Source: Octopus vulgaris
Lineage: Eukaryota
NCBI GenBank assembly: GCA_951406725.2
Contig: OX597815.1
Span: 75,826,001 to 75,890,000, forward strand
Length of the DNA: 64,000 nt
Direction: 5' to 3'
Numbering within the stretch: position 1 is the first letter of the stretch; each line of letters starts with the position of its first letter. Both the position numbers and the translations under genes were made by a program. The notes beneath the pieces were generated by a model. It ran no database searches. It was not told where the DNA came from and was given only the letters and a program-made list of their open reading frames with translations. This document shows, one piece after another, positions 26,703 to 39,561 of the stretch.

Positions 26703-27714
26703 TGGTGTCCCAGAATTAACTGTCTATTTCAATGAAATCAGGTAAATTTTTAAAAACTGATAGAATATTATGTTTACTACTTAATTATGATACCAAAACA
26801 CATAGATTTATAAATATTATGTCAAAACTTTATTGAAAACTAGCAGTATCGCCTGGCGTTGCTCGGGTTTGTAAGGGAAATAACTATATATGCATTTTTA
26901 GAGAGTTACTTCCCTTATAGATGCCAATTCGGGCTTTCTTAGCCATTTCTGTTTTGGTGTCTTCAAGCCATGAAGTCGTTGTTCTAAAAGAATGCTGGTC
27001 TCCTTGACAATGCTTTACGACGTTGATTTCCTTACACTCCCTTCCCCACAGCTTCACGAGGGAGGGAAGAAGGGGGAAAAGCAAACAGGTGCAGCTGTGA
27101 GCATGGACGCCAACTCCGCCGCCATCGACACACGAAAAATTATGCATTAAAATGGAATAAAAAATTATGTTAAATTATTTTTAAAATCGTAGACTCATCG
27201 TAGACACGCGCTAATAGCCAGACGGGCTCAATATGAATTACGACTATAAGATACCCGAATTTGGTTAAACTGCACCACAAAATGTGGGAGTAGTTAGGAA
27301 TCTAAATCAAAGGGGACAGACACTCACACAACTACAGTTTTATATATATAGATTTCCAACATGTGCTCTTTCTGTGTCCCTGCAAATTTCAGACCTATCT
27401 TTAGCATTGTGAAACACATTTTGAAGCATTTCAGGAGTTATCTCCTGCACTGTTAACTGAATGCATTCTTTAAGTTCAGCTAAACTATTGCTGCATCATG
27501 GAGATGAAGGTAGAGAAAATGATTACAGCCAAATTGAAAAGAAGCTGTCATGAGCAGATAAACAAAATCCAACAGGAATGAAAATATTTTTTTTCAAATT
27601 ATAAAAATTATAAGATTATAAGCAAAGTAAAAAATTTATACACCTTTAACATATATTAAACATGATAAACATAAAATTGTCCAATTTCATTGAAACAGAT
27701 AATTCTGGGTCACC
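26703..27714 (-). mobile_element. Tc1/mariner-type element remnant, interrupted by a Helitron
   Basis: TIRs TGGTGTCCCAGAATTAACTGT..TTTCAATGAAAT and ATTTCATTGAAACAGATAATTCTGGGTCACCA; transposase C-terminal remnant LAELKECIQLTVQEITPEMLQNVFHNAKDRSEICRDTERAHV. Confidence 0.65.
26840..27352 (-). mobile_element. Non-autonomous Helitron
   Basis: Minus strand A|TCTATATATATAAAA...CCCGAGCAACGCCAGGCG hairpin...CTAG|T: TC/CTAG termini, A-T insertion site, no TSD. Confidence 0.8.
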
Positions 27715-27768
27715 AAATCCATTTACAACACATTGGTCAGCACAAGGCTATAGCAGAAGATACTTGCC

Positions 27769-28084
27769 CAAGATGTCTTACAGTTGGACTGAACCAGAGA
27801 CCATGTGATTAGGATGCAAACTTCTTACCACACAACTTTTTCAAGGTTCCAAAGTCACCCAAGATATTTATACTGGGTACAGAGGTGTTATTACTGAAAG
27901 GACTGTGCAGAAGTCATTTTATGCTTCTCCTTGAAACTACTTCTGTGCAGTCCTTTCAGTAATAACACCTCTGTACCCAGCACAAATATCTCAGGCAGTT
28001 TTGGAACCTTGAAAAAGTTGTGTAGTAAGAAGCTTACATCCAAATCACATGATTTCAGGTTCATGCCAACTGATAAACATCTTG
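27769..28084. repeat. Long imperfect palindrome (about 145-bp arms, about 22-nt loop)
   Basis: CTGGGTACAGAGGTGTTATTACTGAAAGGACTG pairs with CAGTCCTTTCAGTAATAACACCTCTGTACCCAG; arms extend into a SINE-B head. Confidence 0.9.
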
Positions 28085-28152
28085 TAAGACAACCATAATA
28101 TTAAAAAAATAAATCAGAAAGGCATGAGTATATAATGTTTTTTTGTCCTCAC

Positions 28153-28368
28153 CGTTTTCTTCCATTAAGAAGATCAAAGAGTTGACTGCAATAAATTTCA
28201 TAATAACTCAGCCACACATGGAACCCACTACCATAAGTGTTGTTGTTGATAACAGAGAAAATATCTGTTGCTGCTAATAGATATAAACCTGGGATGTCTT
28301 CAGAACCCATCATTGTAAATGTCTTACCAGCTCCAGTCTGGCCATATGTAAAGATGGTTGCTTGTCCT
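28153..28368 (-). CDS. KIF24: KIF24-like coding exon 3 (P-loop)
   Basis: TTTTACAG|GQATIFTYGQTGAGKTFTMMGSEDIPGLYLLAATDIF...VWLSYYEIYCSQLFDLLNGRK(R)|GTGAG; 216 nt, phase 2 to 2. Confidence 0.95.
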
Positions 28369-28395
28369 CTGTAAAAACAATTTTTAAAAAAATAT

Positions 28396-28618
28396 TTAAC
28401 CCTTTAGCATTTAAACTGGTCATATCCAACCCTAATATTCTACCTTTTGTATGCTCAAATCAGTCAGATCCCATCTCTCACACCTACAATCTCATTTTAA
28501 AAGCATACAATCATATCATTAAAATCCCAAAGCTACAAAATATCACCTGATTAATTCAAAACAGTGCGAAATAATAAGCATTACATTTGACAAAGTAATC
28601 TGAATGTTAAAGGGTTAA
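28396..28618. mobile_element. TTAA-bounded MITE
   Basis: TTAACCCTTTAGCATT...AATGTTAAAGGGTTAA TIRs; an inverted related copy at about 28715-29155 contains a nested MITE at 28761-28987. Confidence 0.7.
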
Positions 28619-30524
28619 ACACATTATTTACTTTATCAATATCCATAAGAATCTGTGATGTAATAGTGATAGCATTTGTGGGAATAGAGTAAAAGGTAAA
28701 GTTGTTTAAAAGATTTAACATTTTAGCATTCAGATTACTCAGTCAAATTTAATGCTTATTTAACCCTTTCGTTACAATGTTTATTTTGAGATGCTCAGTG
28801 TTTCTTTCAATTATTTTAAATACAACAAAGAATTTAGTAAAATAACTTAGTTATCATTCAACTTGTGTTAGAAACATAAATTGTGACTAAGGTTTGGTGG
28901 AAGATTTTAATTCAAAACTTATGAAAATAAGACATTTGTACTCAGAGCCAGAGCCGGTTTCAGCCAGGTTGGTAACGAAAGGGTCAATCATGTTGTTTTG
29001 AATTAATCATCTCATAGCTTTGAGATTTTGATGACGTGATAATTCATTTTTACAATGACTATGTAGGGTATGAATGAGAGACCACATCTGGTAGGTTTGA
29101 ACACAAAGTGGGTAGAATATTTAGACTGGATACAGTTGGTTTATACACTAAAGAGTTTAAGGTGAGATGCAAGGAGAATATAAAACAGGCTATCAGGAAT
29201 GGTGGAGATGAAATGAACCCACATACTGAAGTGGCAGAAACCAGTCAAAGAATATCTAGTAAATGTTTCTATTAATACAAAACCTAAGTACATACATACA
29301 CTCATACACATGCATACACACACACACACACACAAAACCTAAAATTCCATCCACTGGAATATTCAAAAGGGCAAAATATTTACTTAACAACAAGAACAGG
29401 TTTAGACCAAAACAATTCACATAACCCATGCCAGCATGGAAAGCAGGAATAAAATAATGTAATAATAATAATAATGAAATTAATTGTATACAGTGCTCAG
29501 GATGCATTTATATGTGTGCAATGATGGCTACAATTAATAGGGAGTGGGAGTTCAGATGGTGTTTTGTAGTGACCTTATAGACATGATTTTACCTTTTTTT
29601 ACCTTTTACCTGCTTCAGTTATTGGACTACAGCCATGCTGGAGTACTGCCTTAGAGTATTTTTTAGTCAAATGAATCAACTCCAGTGCAAGCATGGAAAA
29701 GAGCAAGCTAAAATGATGATGATACTACAGCATAACTAAAACACACACAACTGATGTGTGAATAAGAATACATTAAATATCACGTCGAGAATTGTCTGAT
29801 GATTAGGAATGAGAAACTCTGGTTAGCTACTCATACAAACTCAGATTTGAATAAAAATTAACCCTAACTATTAAAAAAGTATTATTTTCATCATCCTGCA
29901 ATGAACTGGCTTCCCATCCAGATGGGGAATATACACACCATGGGAATCAGAAAAACGGCTTTATGAATCTATATGACTCATGAAGGATCTTTATCTTTAT
30001 ATCTATTTTCATCATCATCAGTAACATCAATGTTCCATGCTGACATAAGTTAATGGTTTAACTGAATCCAGTTAGTACAAGAACTGTATCATGCCCCAGT
30101 GTCAGCCTTAGTATGGTTTCTATGGCTGGATCCCCTTCCTAATGTCAACCACTTTACTGTGTGTACTGAGTGTTTTTTTACATGTGTGTGTGTGTGTGTG
30201 CACATGCATGCATGTGTGTGGCTTCAGTATTAGTGAGGTCTCCAGATAACCTGTGAGACCATGAACCCCAAGGGAATGGGGCTTTATGGTAGATGAAGAG
30301 TTAAAGTATGACAGAAAGGAGTCAGAGCAGAATAGATTTCTTGCTGTAGAGGAATTACATGACTACCTCACACCATTTTGATACAATCATCCATTATATA
30401 CTATCCTCCATTAAACACTCTTTGCAATCTAGCAGAATGGTGGTCGAATCATGAAACAATATTTGACTGGATCATCAACTAAGAACACACATTCCAACAA
30501 ATAAAACATACACAAAGTGTCTCA

Positions 30525-31360
30525 TCTAAAGAATGAGGCAGAAAGTGTTATTCTTTGAAAAAGATAACTTGAACCTACCCTTGAAAACAACAATGGCTTC
30601 AAGATATGCTAATGCTCCCAGCAACAAACTACCAAACTACTGGACCAGTTCGAATCCAATCTCTTCAACCTAATAAACAGGGTAAGATTTAATAAAACTT
30701 ATACTAGCAGCTTCCAACAAACTCTCAAGAGCAATATTAAAACAAAATCAAAAACTTCAAAAGCACACTTTTTACAACCTGACAAATCAAACAATTCATA
30801 TGAAACCGACAATCAGACATACAAAAACTTCCACTCAGGCAAGCAGCATAACAAATACATGTATAAACAAAAACTAATCAGGATATTTTCATTTCAATAA
30901 ATCATGAACAAAATATTGGTTTCAAGTTTTGGCACAAAGCCAGCAAGTTCAAGGGAGAGGTAAGTCAATTACATTGACTCCAGTGCTCAACTGGTACTTA
31001 TTTTATCAACCCCAAAAGGATGAAAGGCAAAGTCAGTCTTGGCGGAATTTGAACTCAGAATGTACAGATGGAGAAAATGCTACTAAGCATTTTTCCCAGC
31101 CTACTAACAATTCCACCAGCTTGCTCCAAAATATTAGCAACTGGATTAGACACAGATGGCAGAGTTGAACACCAAACACTCATATACCTTGCAAAGCACT
31201 TAAAGACCACAAGCAAAAATTTACCCATAATTACACCTATAGGCTATTAAACCCTACTAAAGCATAAATTGGTAAATTAACTAAGATAAACCTAGACAAA
31301 ATTATTACAGATATAAAAACAAAAAAAAACACCACGAATCTACCCCTATGGATAACACTA
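30525..31360 (+). mobile_element. Degenerate Penelope-like element, N-terminal/RT region, split by a SINE at 30915-31128
   Basis: RMRQKVLFF..LDQFESNLFNLINRVRF..SFQQTLK..PDKSNNSY, then LKDHKQKF..YRLLNPTKA*IGKLTKINLDKII; resembles the DK..LKDHK..RLINP motifs of PLE reverse transcriptases. Confidence 0.65.
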
Positions 31361-31997
31361 TTTTGGACCATCATCCCTTAACAAACATAGGGTAATGTTT
31401 TGGGCATATTAAACTTGTTGAAGCCGATCCCTCTGTATGTCTGATCATAGCTGATTTCTTCCAAAGGGAATGAGAGACAGAGAGAAGAAAAAGAATTGAC
31501 CCCAACACTGAGCAGGTACTTTGTCACTTGCAAAAAATGGAAACACAAAGTTGACTATGGTGGGATTTGAACTCAGAGCATGGACCATGGAACAAATACC
31601 ACATAGCATTCTATCCAATGCTGTAACAACTTTTAACAACCTGGTATATATAACTGAGGCAGTATATTAAAATAGCCATCTTTCTATTATATTTAATGTG
31701 TATACATTATTGAAAGGCATTTTACTACAGCATTTGTCTATAAAAGGTGTTATCACAGGACAAATACTGCAATAATTTGCCTATGAACAGTGTATATACA
31801 TTAAATAGCACATACACATACACACACACATATATATTATAGGTAGTTAGAGTAAACCCCAGCTGTTTCCTCTTGAAGCACATCTTCTTATTCCATTATT
31901 ACAATCCAATATGTAGTCAAAATTGTTGCTGTATGTTAGTCAAAATACATATTAAGATTGAGAATTATGGAAATATTACTTGCAGAGTTAGAGTATT

Positions 31998-32295
31998 ACA
32001 AAACAGAGAATTGGAAATTTTTTGGTATTATTTACTCTCCATTACACATGTTTCATTTGGTAATAAGAGACATGTAAGGAATTTCCTACGAGAAATGCTT
32101 CAGACAGAGAAAAAAAAGTTATGATTATAATTTCATAATTATATTATAATTTTTTTTTTCTGTCTGAAGAATTTCTCATTGGAAATTCTTTACATATCTA
32201 TCTAATATGTAAAACTTGGTAATTCCTATTAGCAAATGAAATATGTGTAATGGAAAATAAATAATACCAAAAATTTCCACTTTCCTGCTTTGTTT
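31998..32295. repeat. AT-rich fold-back element (about 130-bp arms), MITE-like
   Basis: GGAAATTTTTTGGTATTATTTA..CAGACAGA pairs with TCTGTCTGAAG..TAAATAATACCAAAAATTTCC. Confidence 0.75.
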
Positions 32296-33574
32296 TATAT
32301 ATATACATATACAGCTATTTTAGTTTAATAATCTTCAATTGTGTGGGTGGCTATTCACAAAAGCATTGTATGTTCTATTCACTTTTTCTTATATCAGTCG
32401 TGTTGAATTCTCATTCAAGAATGTAGCTCAAAACAGCCGAAATACATCTAGCACTTGTAAAAACTGCTGCTGGGGTGGGTTCATTTTTTTTTTTTTTGTC
32501 TCTCTCTCTCTCTCCAATATATATTGTATTTTTAACACGGTATGTCCATAAGAGATGTTATTTCAGGACAAATACTGCAGCAACTGGCCTATCGATGTTG
32601 TATATACAATATGTATGATACATAGATGGCTATTTTAACTTTTAATATAAATTTTAATAATTCTTTTAAAACATTTTACACATGAAAATGAGTATTTAGA
32701 TACAGATAACGATAAGTGTTCCAGCTGATCTGATCAATGGAGCAGCCTGCTCGTGAAATTGACGTGCAAGTGGCTGAGCACCCCACAGATACGCATACCT
32801 GTAACATAGCTCTGAGAGAGATTCAGCAAGACACAGAATTTGACAAGGCTGGGCCTTTAAAATTCAGGTAGAACTCATTTCTTACCAGCTGAGTGAACTA
32901 GAGCAAAAATGACATAAAGTGTCTTGCGCAAAGAGACAAAGCACCACTAGGAATTGAACTCACAACCATACAATTATGAGCCAAATACCCTAACCACTAA
33001 GCCACGTGCCTTCACTTAGATATAAATAAATGCATACGTAAATCTACATAAACAATACTCAATGTGTGATTTTACTTACAATAATCTCTTATATTATTTA
33101 CCCGTATGTATACATATATGTGTTCGTAATAGTAATATATTTTAAGATGATCCTCCATCAAGTGTCACCTAAGAGCTATATGAAATACAGAAAACCTTCG
33201 TAATAACCTAATCAAAATATACTACTATCCTCGTTAGAAATGAACAGATTCTCTTGAAAAATAAACTTCAAAACTTTCATATCGTCATCCACTCAGGAAA
33301 CGCTTTTTGTGATTATCAGCTCACAGGTCTGATACAGAATCACCTCAATAGGTAAATTTTTGTGTAATTTTTCTTGAAATTTTCAAGAAAAAAAAAAAAA
33401 ATTTCAGCCTCTAGAGCAAGGGAAATAATTCTTTTTTCTGACATTGCGATTATTTCCCTTGAAACAAAAAATTGCAACTACCGATGTTTGTGTTTTTATG
33501 TGCAGTCAAGAGTAAAACATAATGCTTTAAGGGTGTTTTGTTGCATCTTATTACATTTTAAAGTCAAGTCCTAC

Positions 33575-35578
33575 GGAGGTTAATTTTGCCTTTCATCCTT
33601 TTTGGGTTGATAAAATCAAAAACGTACTAATCAAACACTCAGAGGATATAATTGACCGTTGTCTCCACAAATTCGAGACTATGTAATAAATCTATAATTG
33701 TTTCAAAATTAGGTACAAGATAAGAAATATAAGAGAGAGGAACAGCCGATTACATCTACCCCAGCACTTACCTAGTACTTTATTTTATTAAGCTCTCAAA
33801 ACGACGAATGGCAAGGGTGATTGGCAAGAATTTGATCTCAAAACATAACAGACTGTAACAAAATACTGCATGCTATTTTTTCTTATGATTTAACAACTCT
33901 ACAAATCCACTACCTTAATCTATCTAATAATAGTAATTCTTTGTACTATAGGCACAAGGCCTGAAATTGGGGGGGGGGGCTAGACGATTACATTGAACCC
34001 TATGCTTAAGTGATATTTATTTTATTAACCTAGAAGGGATGAGAGACAAAGTCAACCTTAGTGACCTCAGAATGTAAAGACAGACAAAACACCTTAGGGA
34101 CCTTCAGAATGTAAAGACAGACAAAATGCCACTAAGCATTATATCTGATATGCTAATGATTCTTCCCACTCATTCCCTTAGTTACAATAATAACAATCCT
34201 TTTTACTATAGGCACAAGGCCTGAAATTGGTTGGGAATGAGGAATTAGGAACCTAGTTGATTACATCAAATGCCTTACTCAACTGGTACTTATTTTATTG
34301 ACCCTCCCAAGAGGATGAAAGACAAAGTTAACCTTGGCAGAATTTGAACTCACAATGCAAAGACAAACAAAATGCCACTAACCATTTTGTCCTGCATGCT
34401 AATGATTCTGCTGGCTGGCTTCCTTAATTATAATAATAATAATGGTTTCAAATGGTTTCAAGGCCAGTAATTTTGGGGGAGAAGGGTAAGTTGATTACAC
34501 CAAACACAGTGTTCAGCTGGTACTTATTTTATCGACCCTGAAAGGATGAAAGGCAAAGTCTATCTCTGTGAAATTTTAAGCTCACAAGGTAAAGATGAAT
34601 GAAGCATTTTGCCAGCTCACCAACTCAATAATAATAATGATGACAATGATGATAATGATTTTAAATTTTGGCACAAGGTTAGCAATTTTAGAGTGGGGGA
34701 TTAGTTAATACCACTGACCCCAGTACTTGGCTAGCACTTGATTTTATCAACCCTGAAAGGTTAAGTTGATGTCAGCAAGATTTAAACCCAGAAACTAAAG
34801 AGCTGGAAGAAATACCACAAAGTACTTTGTCGAACATGCTAACAATTCTGTCTGCTGGCTGCCTTAATATGTCTTTCTAATAAAGGCACAAGTTCTGAAA
34901 TTGTGGAGGAGGGGGCTAATCAGTTACACTGATCCCAGTACTTGACCAGTACTTTATTTCAGTTTATTCATCCTAAAAGGATGAAAGGTAAAGTTAACCA
35001 CAGTGGCAACTGGACTCAAAACATAAAGCAGGAAGAAACACCACTAAGCATTTTGTCTGACAAGTACTGGAGTCAATCTGATCAACTAACCCACTTCCCA
35101 CAAATTTTAGGCCTTATGCCTACAGCAGAAAGAATTATTATTATTATTGAATAAAGCAGCAAGCTGGCAGACTCATTAACATGCCGGTCCAAATGCTTAA
35201 CAGCATTTTGTCTGTCTTTACATTTACAGTTCAAATTCTGCCAAGGTTGACTTTGCCTCTCATTCTTCCAGATTTGATAAAATAAGTACCAGTCAAGCAC
35301 TGGGATGACTTGCCACCTCCTTGAAATTGCTGGCCTTGTGCTAAAATTTGAAACTATTATTATTAAAGGCAGCAAACTGGAAAAATCATTAGCATGCTGG
35401 GCAAATTGCTTAGCAGCATTTTTTTTTCTATCTTTACATTCTGAGTTCAAATTTGACCAAGGTCCACTTTGCCTTTCATCTTTTCGGAGTTGATGAAGTA
35501 CCAGGTAAGTACTAGGGTTGAAGTAATCAACTTTCCACTTTTCTCAGAAACTGCTGACCCTATGCCAAAATTTGAAAC

Positions 35579-35621
<43 letters not shown>

Positions 35622-36400
35622 CATTATTATCATTATTATTATTATTATTATCATTATTATTATTATTATCATTATTATTAATATTATTATTATTATTTAG
35701 TATGTCAGGCAAAATGCTTTGCAGCATTTCATCCATCTTTACATTCTGAGTTCAAATTCTGCTGAAATCAACTTTACCATTCAACTTTCTGGGGTCAATA
35801 AAACAAGTACTGGTTGAGCACTGGGATCAATGTAATTGACTTTGTCTCTCCCACTAAATTGCTGGCCTTGTGCTAAAATTTCAAATCATTATTATTCCTA
35901 TTATCAGATGTGGTGTGCAAGAGAGATGACTGCACTGGTATGGTCATATGTAACATATGAAGAAGTGTCACATTCCAACAGTGGAGGGAACCTGTGGAAG
36001 TGGTAGACCTAGAAAGACCTGGGATGAGGTGGTGATGCACAAACTTCAAACGTTGGGCCTCCTGGGTTGCCAGTCTTCAGTCAAACCGGCCAACCCATGC
36101 CAACATGGAAAGCAAGCATTAAACTATGATGATGATGATGATTTATTATTATTACTCACAGAAATACTACCCTCTAGGCAGTTTTCTGCTAGTGTGATAT
36201 AATAATTCTGATTCAGGCACAAGGCCAACAATTTTGAGGGCAAGAGAGACAATGCTAACAAGCCTAATACTTAACTGGTACTTTATTTTATTGACCTCCA
36301 AAAGATAAAAGGCAAATTTGGCCTAGGTGGAATTTGAATTTAGAACCTAAAAATCGAGAACATATACTGTAAAGCACTTTTATGACATTCAAACAATTCA
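33575..36400. mobile_element. Dense cluster of about 11 family-A SINEs separated by (TAA)n/(TTA)n
   Basis: Six consecutive minus copies at about 33700-35060, plus copies at about 35060-35890, a further minus copy at about 36205-36400. Confidence 0.8.
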
Positions 36401-36674
36401 GCCAGATAGGAGAGGAACATGGATAAATAGGAGGGATAAGAAAGCAAAAATGCTGGCTGAGCTGGTATGAAGAGTTAAAGTAAATGGACAATGCATACTG
36501 GGGGAAAGAGAGACATGTGAAAGAGAAACAATGAAGAGAAACAGAAGAAGACTAAGGAAAATATGAGATGAAAGGATCAGGTCAGATAACAGATTACTGG
36601 GCCTCATCATAGATACAATGGTTACTGCTTGGAAAGAAGCAGTATTTTGATACACTACTACTACTGCTACTATT

Positions 36675-36875
36675 GAAGAAGAAGAAGAAGAAGAAGAAGA
36701 AGAAGAAGAAGAAGAAGAAGAAGAAGAAGAAGAAGAAGAAGAAGAAGAAGAAGAAGAAGAAGAAGAAGAAGAAGAAGAAGAAGAAGAAGAAGAAGAAGAA
36801 GAAGAGGTGGTGGTGGTGGTGGTGGTGGTGGTGGTGGTGGTGGCAGTGGCAGTGGCGGCAGTGGCAGTGGTGGTG
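36675..36875. repeat. (GAA)n followed by (GGT)n/(GGCAGT)n microsatellite
   Basis: Direct inspection. Confidence 0.95.
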
Positions 36876-38039
36876 TAACTATGGTGTGAGGAGATGCTAT
36901 TCCAAACCTATTTTTCACCTGTAAGCAAGAATAAATTACCTAACTGTGTATAATATGAAACAGTAATGGCCAGATGGCAGAGTGCCAAAGTGTCAAGTTG
37001 ATTGACATCTTCAACTAAAATATCTCTACAGAACACCACAGTCAAAATCAATCATGTGGAAATGATAAGTAGAAGGAAAATGTAAACAGACTTAATGACT
37101 CCAGAACATTTTAATCCTATTTGATCCAATTATATCAATGTTTCCTGATACTGGTTAGTACAAGGCCACAAATCCTAATTGGTTGAATGAAACTTGATGA
37201 ATGGTTCATACTTAGAAAGGAAGTTGAACCTCAGCATGATTTTGAACTCAGAATATAAAGGATTAACCTAAATTCTGAAAAGTATTTAGTTCAGCATTCT
37301 AAGATTTCTCCACATCAATTATTTTTAGAAATGATTCGATCAAGAAATGAATCTCCATGCCAAAATTAGGCTGGCTGAAATTTATTGCTGCTCTACTATA
37401 CTTGAGTTATTTTGTTCCATAAATACTAAAACCTCTTCAAATATATTATACCATTTCTTTAAAAGAACTACTGAAGGAACAAACATTAAAAATTGAATAC
37501 TGAAAGAAACTAGAAATGATAGAGCACAAATAGTACTGTAACATTAATATTGCAGTTTACCCAGTGCTATTTAAGAGATCACACAGCAAAAATATTCAAA
37601 CATGGCTTAAATACTGGTTTCAGTCAGACATTTAACCAGCTACTGTAACTGATCAAATATTTTCTTCAAATTAATATTTAAGCAGTGCTTAGGGCAGCAA
37701 GCTGGTAAAATCATTAGCACATCATGTTAAATGCTAAGCACCATTTCACCTATCTGTACATTCTGAGTTCAAATTCTGCTGAGATGCAATTTGCCTTTCA
37801 TCCTTTTGAGGTGATAAAATAAGTCCAGTTGAACACTGAGCTCGATGTAATCAATCTGCCACCTCCTCTGAAATTGCTGGCCTTGTGCCAAAATCTGAAA
37901 CCAATATTTAAGCCATGTTTGACTATTTTTGCTGTGTGATCTTATCAAGCTAACAATAAATTGTTAGGCTCTGGTAACTTTTCTCACTAGGTAAATCCAA
38001 GTTTCCTGTTCAGGATTGCATATGCACCGTAGAGTCAGT

Positions 38040-38203
38040 AATAGTATTAATGATAATAGGAGAACAGAGATTTTTCACATCCATAATTTTATTTAACAGT
38101 TATTTACAGCATCATTTCGGGTCCCAAAAAGATGTTGTAAAGAACTGTTAAATAAAATTATGGATGTGAAAAAATCACTGTTCCCTTATTATCATTAATA
38201 CTA
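38040..38203. repeat. Palindrome/MITE (about 75-bp arms)
   Basis: TTTTTCACATCCATAATTTTATTTAACAGTT pairs with AACTGTTAAATAAAATTATGGATGTGAAAAA; ends in TA repeats. Confidence 0.85.
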
Positions 38204-39005
38204 TATATATATATATATATATATAGCACATGATCATGTGACTGACCAGACTATCAGATCTTGTCACACATCACTAGTCACAATGCGCTTTGAATGATGC
38301 TATCCAAGTATGGCAATATGACCAGACTTGTATGTCTATTATTGAAAATTGGAAATGAAGGACAATGCTTGCATGACAGTGACACTTTTACAACTATCAT
38401 GCAATGTCAAGATACAGTAACACAAGCACAAACATGTGCGCAGGCACACAGACACACACACACACACAATAGATATATGACTGGCTTCTTTCACATTCCG
38501 TCGACCAACACACAAGGCTTTGATTAGACCACAGCTATAGTAGAAGACACATACCCAAAGTGCCATGTAGTGGGACTGAACCCTGAAAATATGTGATTGG
38601 GAAGCAAAGTTCTTGCCACACAGCCAAGCCTAATATAATATCTCAGATGCCTATCACTGCTTCCATGAGGCCCAATGCGCTAAAGGTGCTTTTTACGGTG
38701 ACAAGTAAAAAGCATCATTTGAGCATTGGGCCTCATGGAGACAGTGACAGGTCTTTGACTATATATTATGCTGTGTAGACCTGACAAGTCAAATGAGACT
38801 GGAGTCATGGCCAATGTTGGTGTCAGGTAAATGGCACTCATGCCAGTGGCACATAAGAATACCCACTATACTCTCAGAGTAGTTGGCATTAGGAAAGGCA
38901 TCCAGCCATAGAAACTTTGCCAGATCAGATCGGAACCTAGAGCTTACCAGTTTTCAGTCAAACCGTCCATGCCATGCTGGCATAGAAAACAGACATTAAA
39001 TGATG

Positions 39006-39040
<35 letters not shown>

Positions 39041-39213
39041 TCATCATCATCATAGTTTTGCCTACTGTCCATGCTGACATTTAATGTTATAGATCCTAAA
39101 TTACATGATGTAATTATATTTGGATAGTCTTATATCTCTCAAAATCTTGGTAAAACCAATAATTAGAATTGAGGAAAAATATATAAAAAAACAAACTTGT
39201 AATGATGACTTAC

Positions 39214-39311
39214 TTTTCAAAAAGCCATTCCACTAAAGGTTTGCCAACTTTTTGGTAAACTTCTTCATTGCTGGAATCTTGACCAAAAGCAACATCAAAA
39301 TAAAATTTGTG
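39214..39311 (-). CDS. KIF24: KIF24-like coding exon 2 (motor)
   Basis: TTTGTAG|HKFYFDVAFGQDSSNEEVYQKVGKPLVEWLFE(K)|GTAAGT; 98 nt, phase 0 to 2. Confidence 0.93.
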
Positions 39312-39561
39312 CTACAAAGAATAGAAAAAAAGAAGCAAAGAGTGCAGATATTTATTTCTTTGCAATTATTTATGAAAAAAATGTTTGCTTATTACTGATA
39401 TTGTGTCAACCCTTCTCTATGACATACTGGTTAGTTTGTTAGATATTTAGGTGCAACCCAGAGATCAAGAACAACAAATATTCCACCATGTCTTTACCAG
39501 ATACAAGTCACTACTATTTGTATACATCTTTAAGGAGGTGTTTATCTTTTTGTTTGCAGTG

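Noticed and set aside
36670-36924. Poly-K/W and poly-L/P ORFs
   Set aside because: (GAA)n and (GGT)n microsatellites
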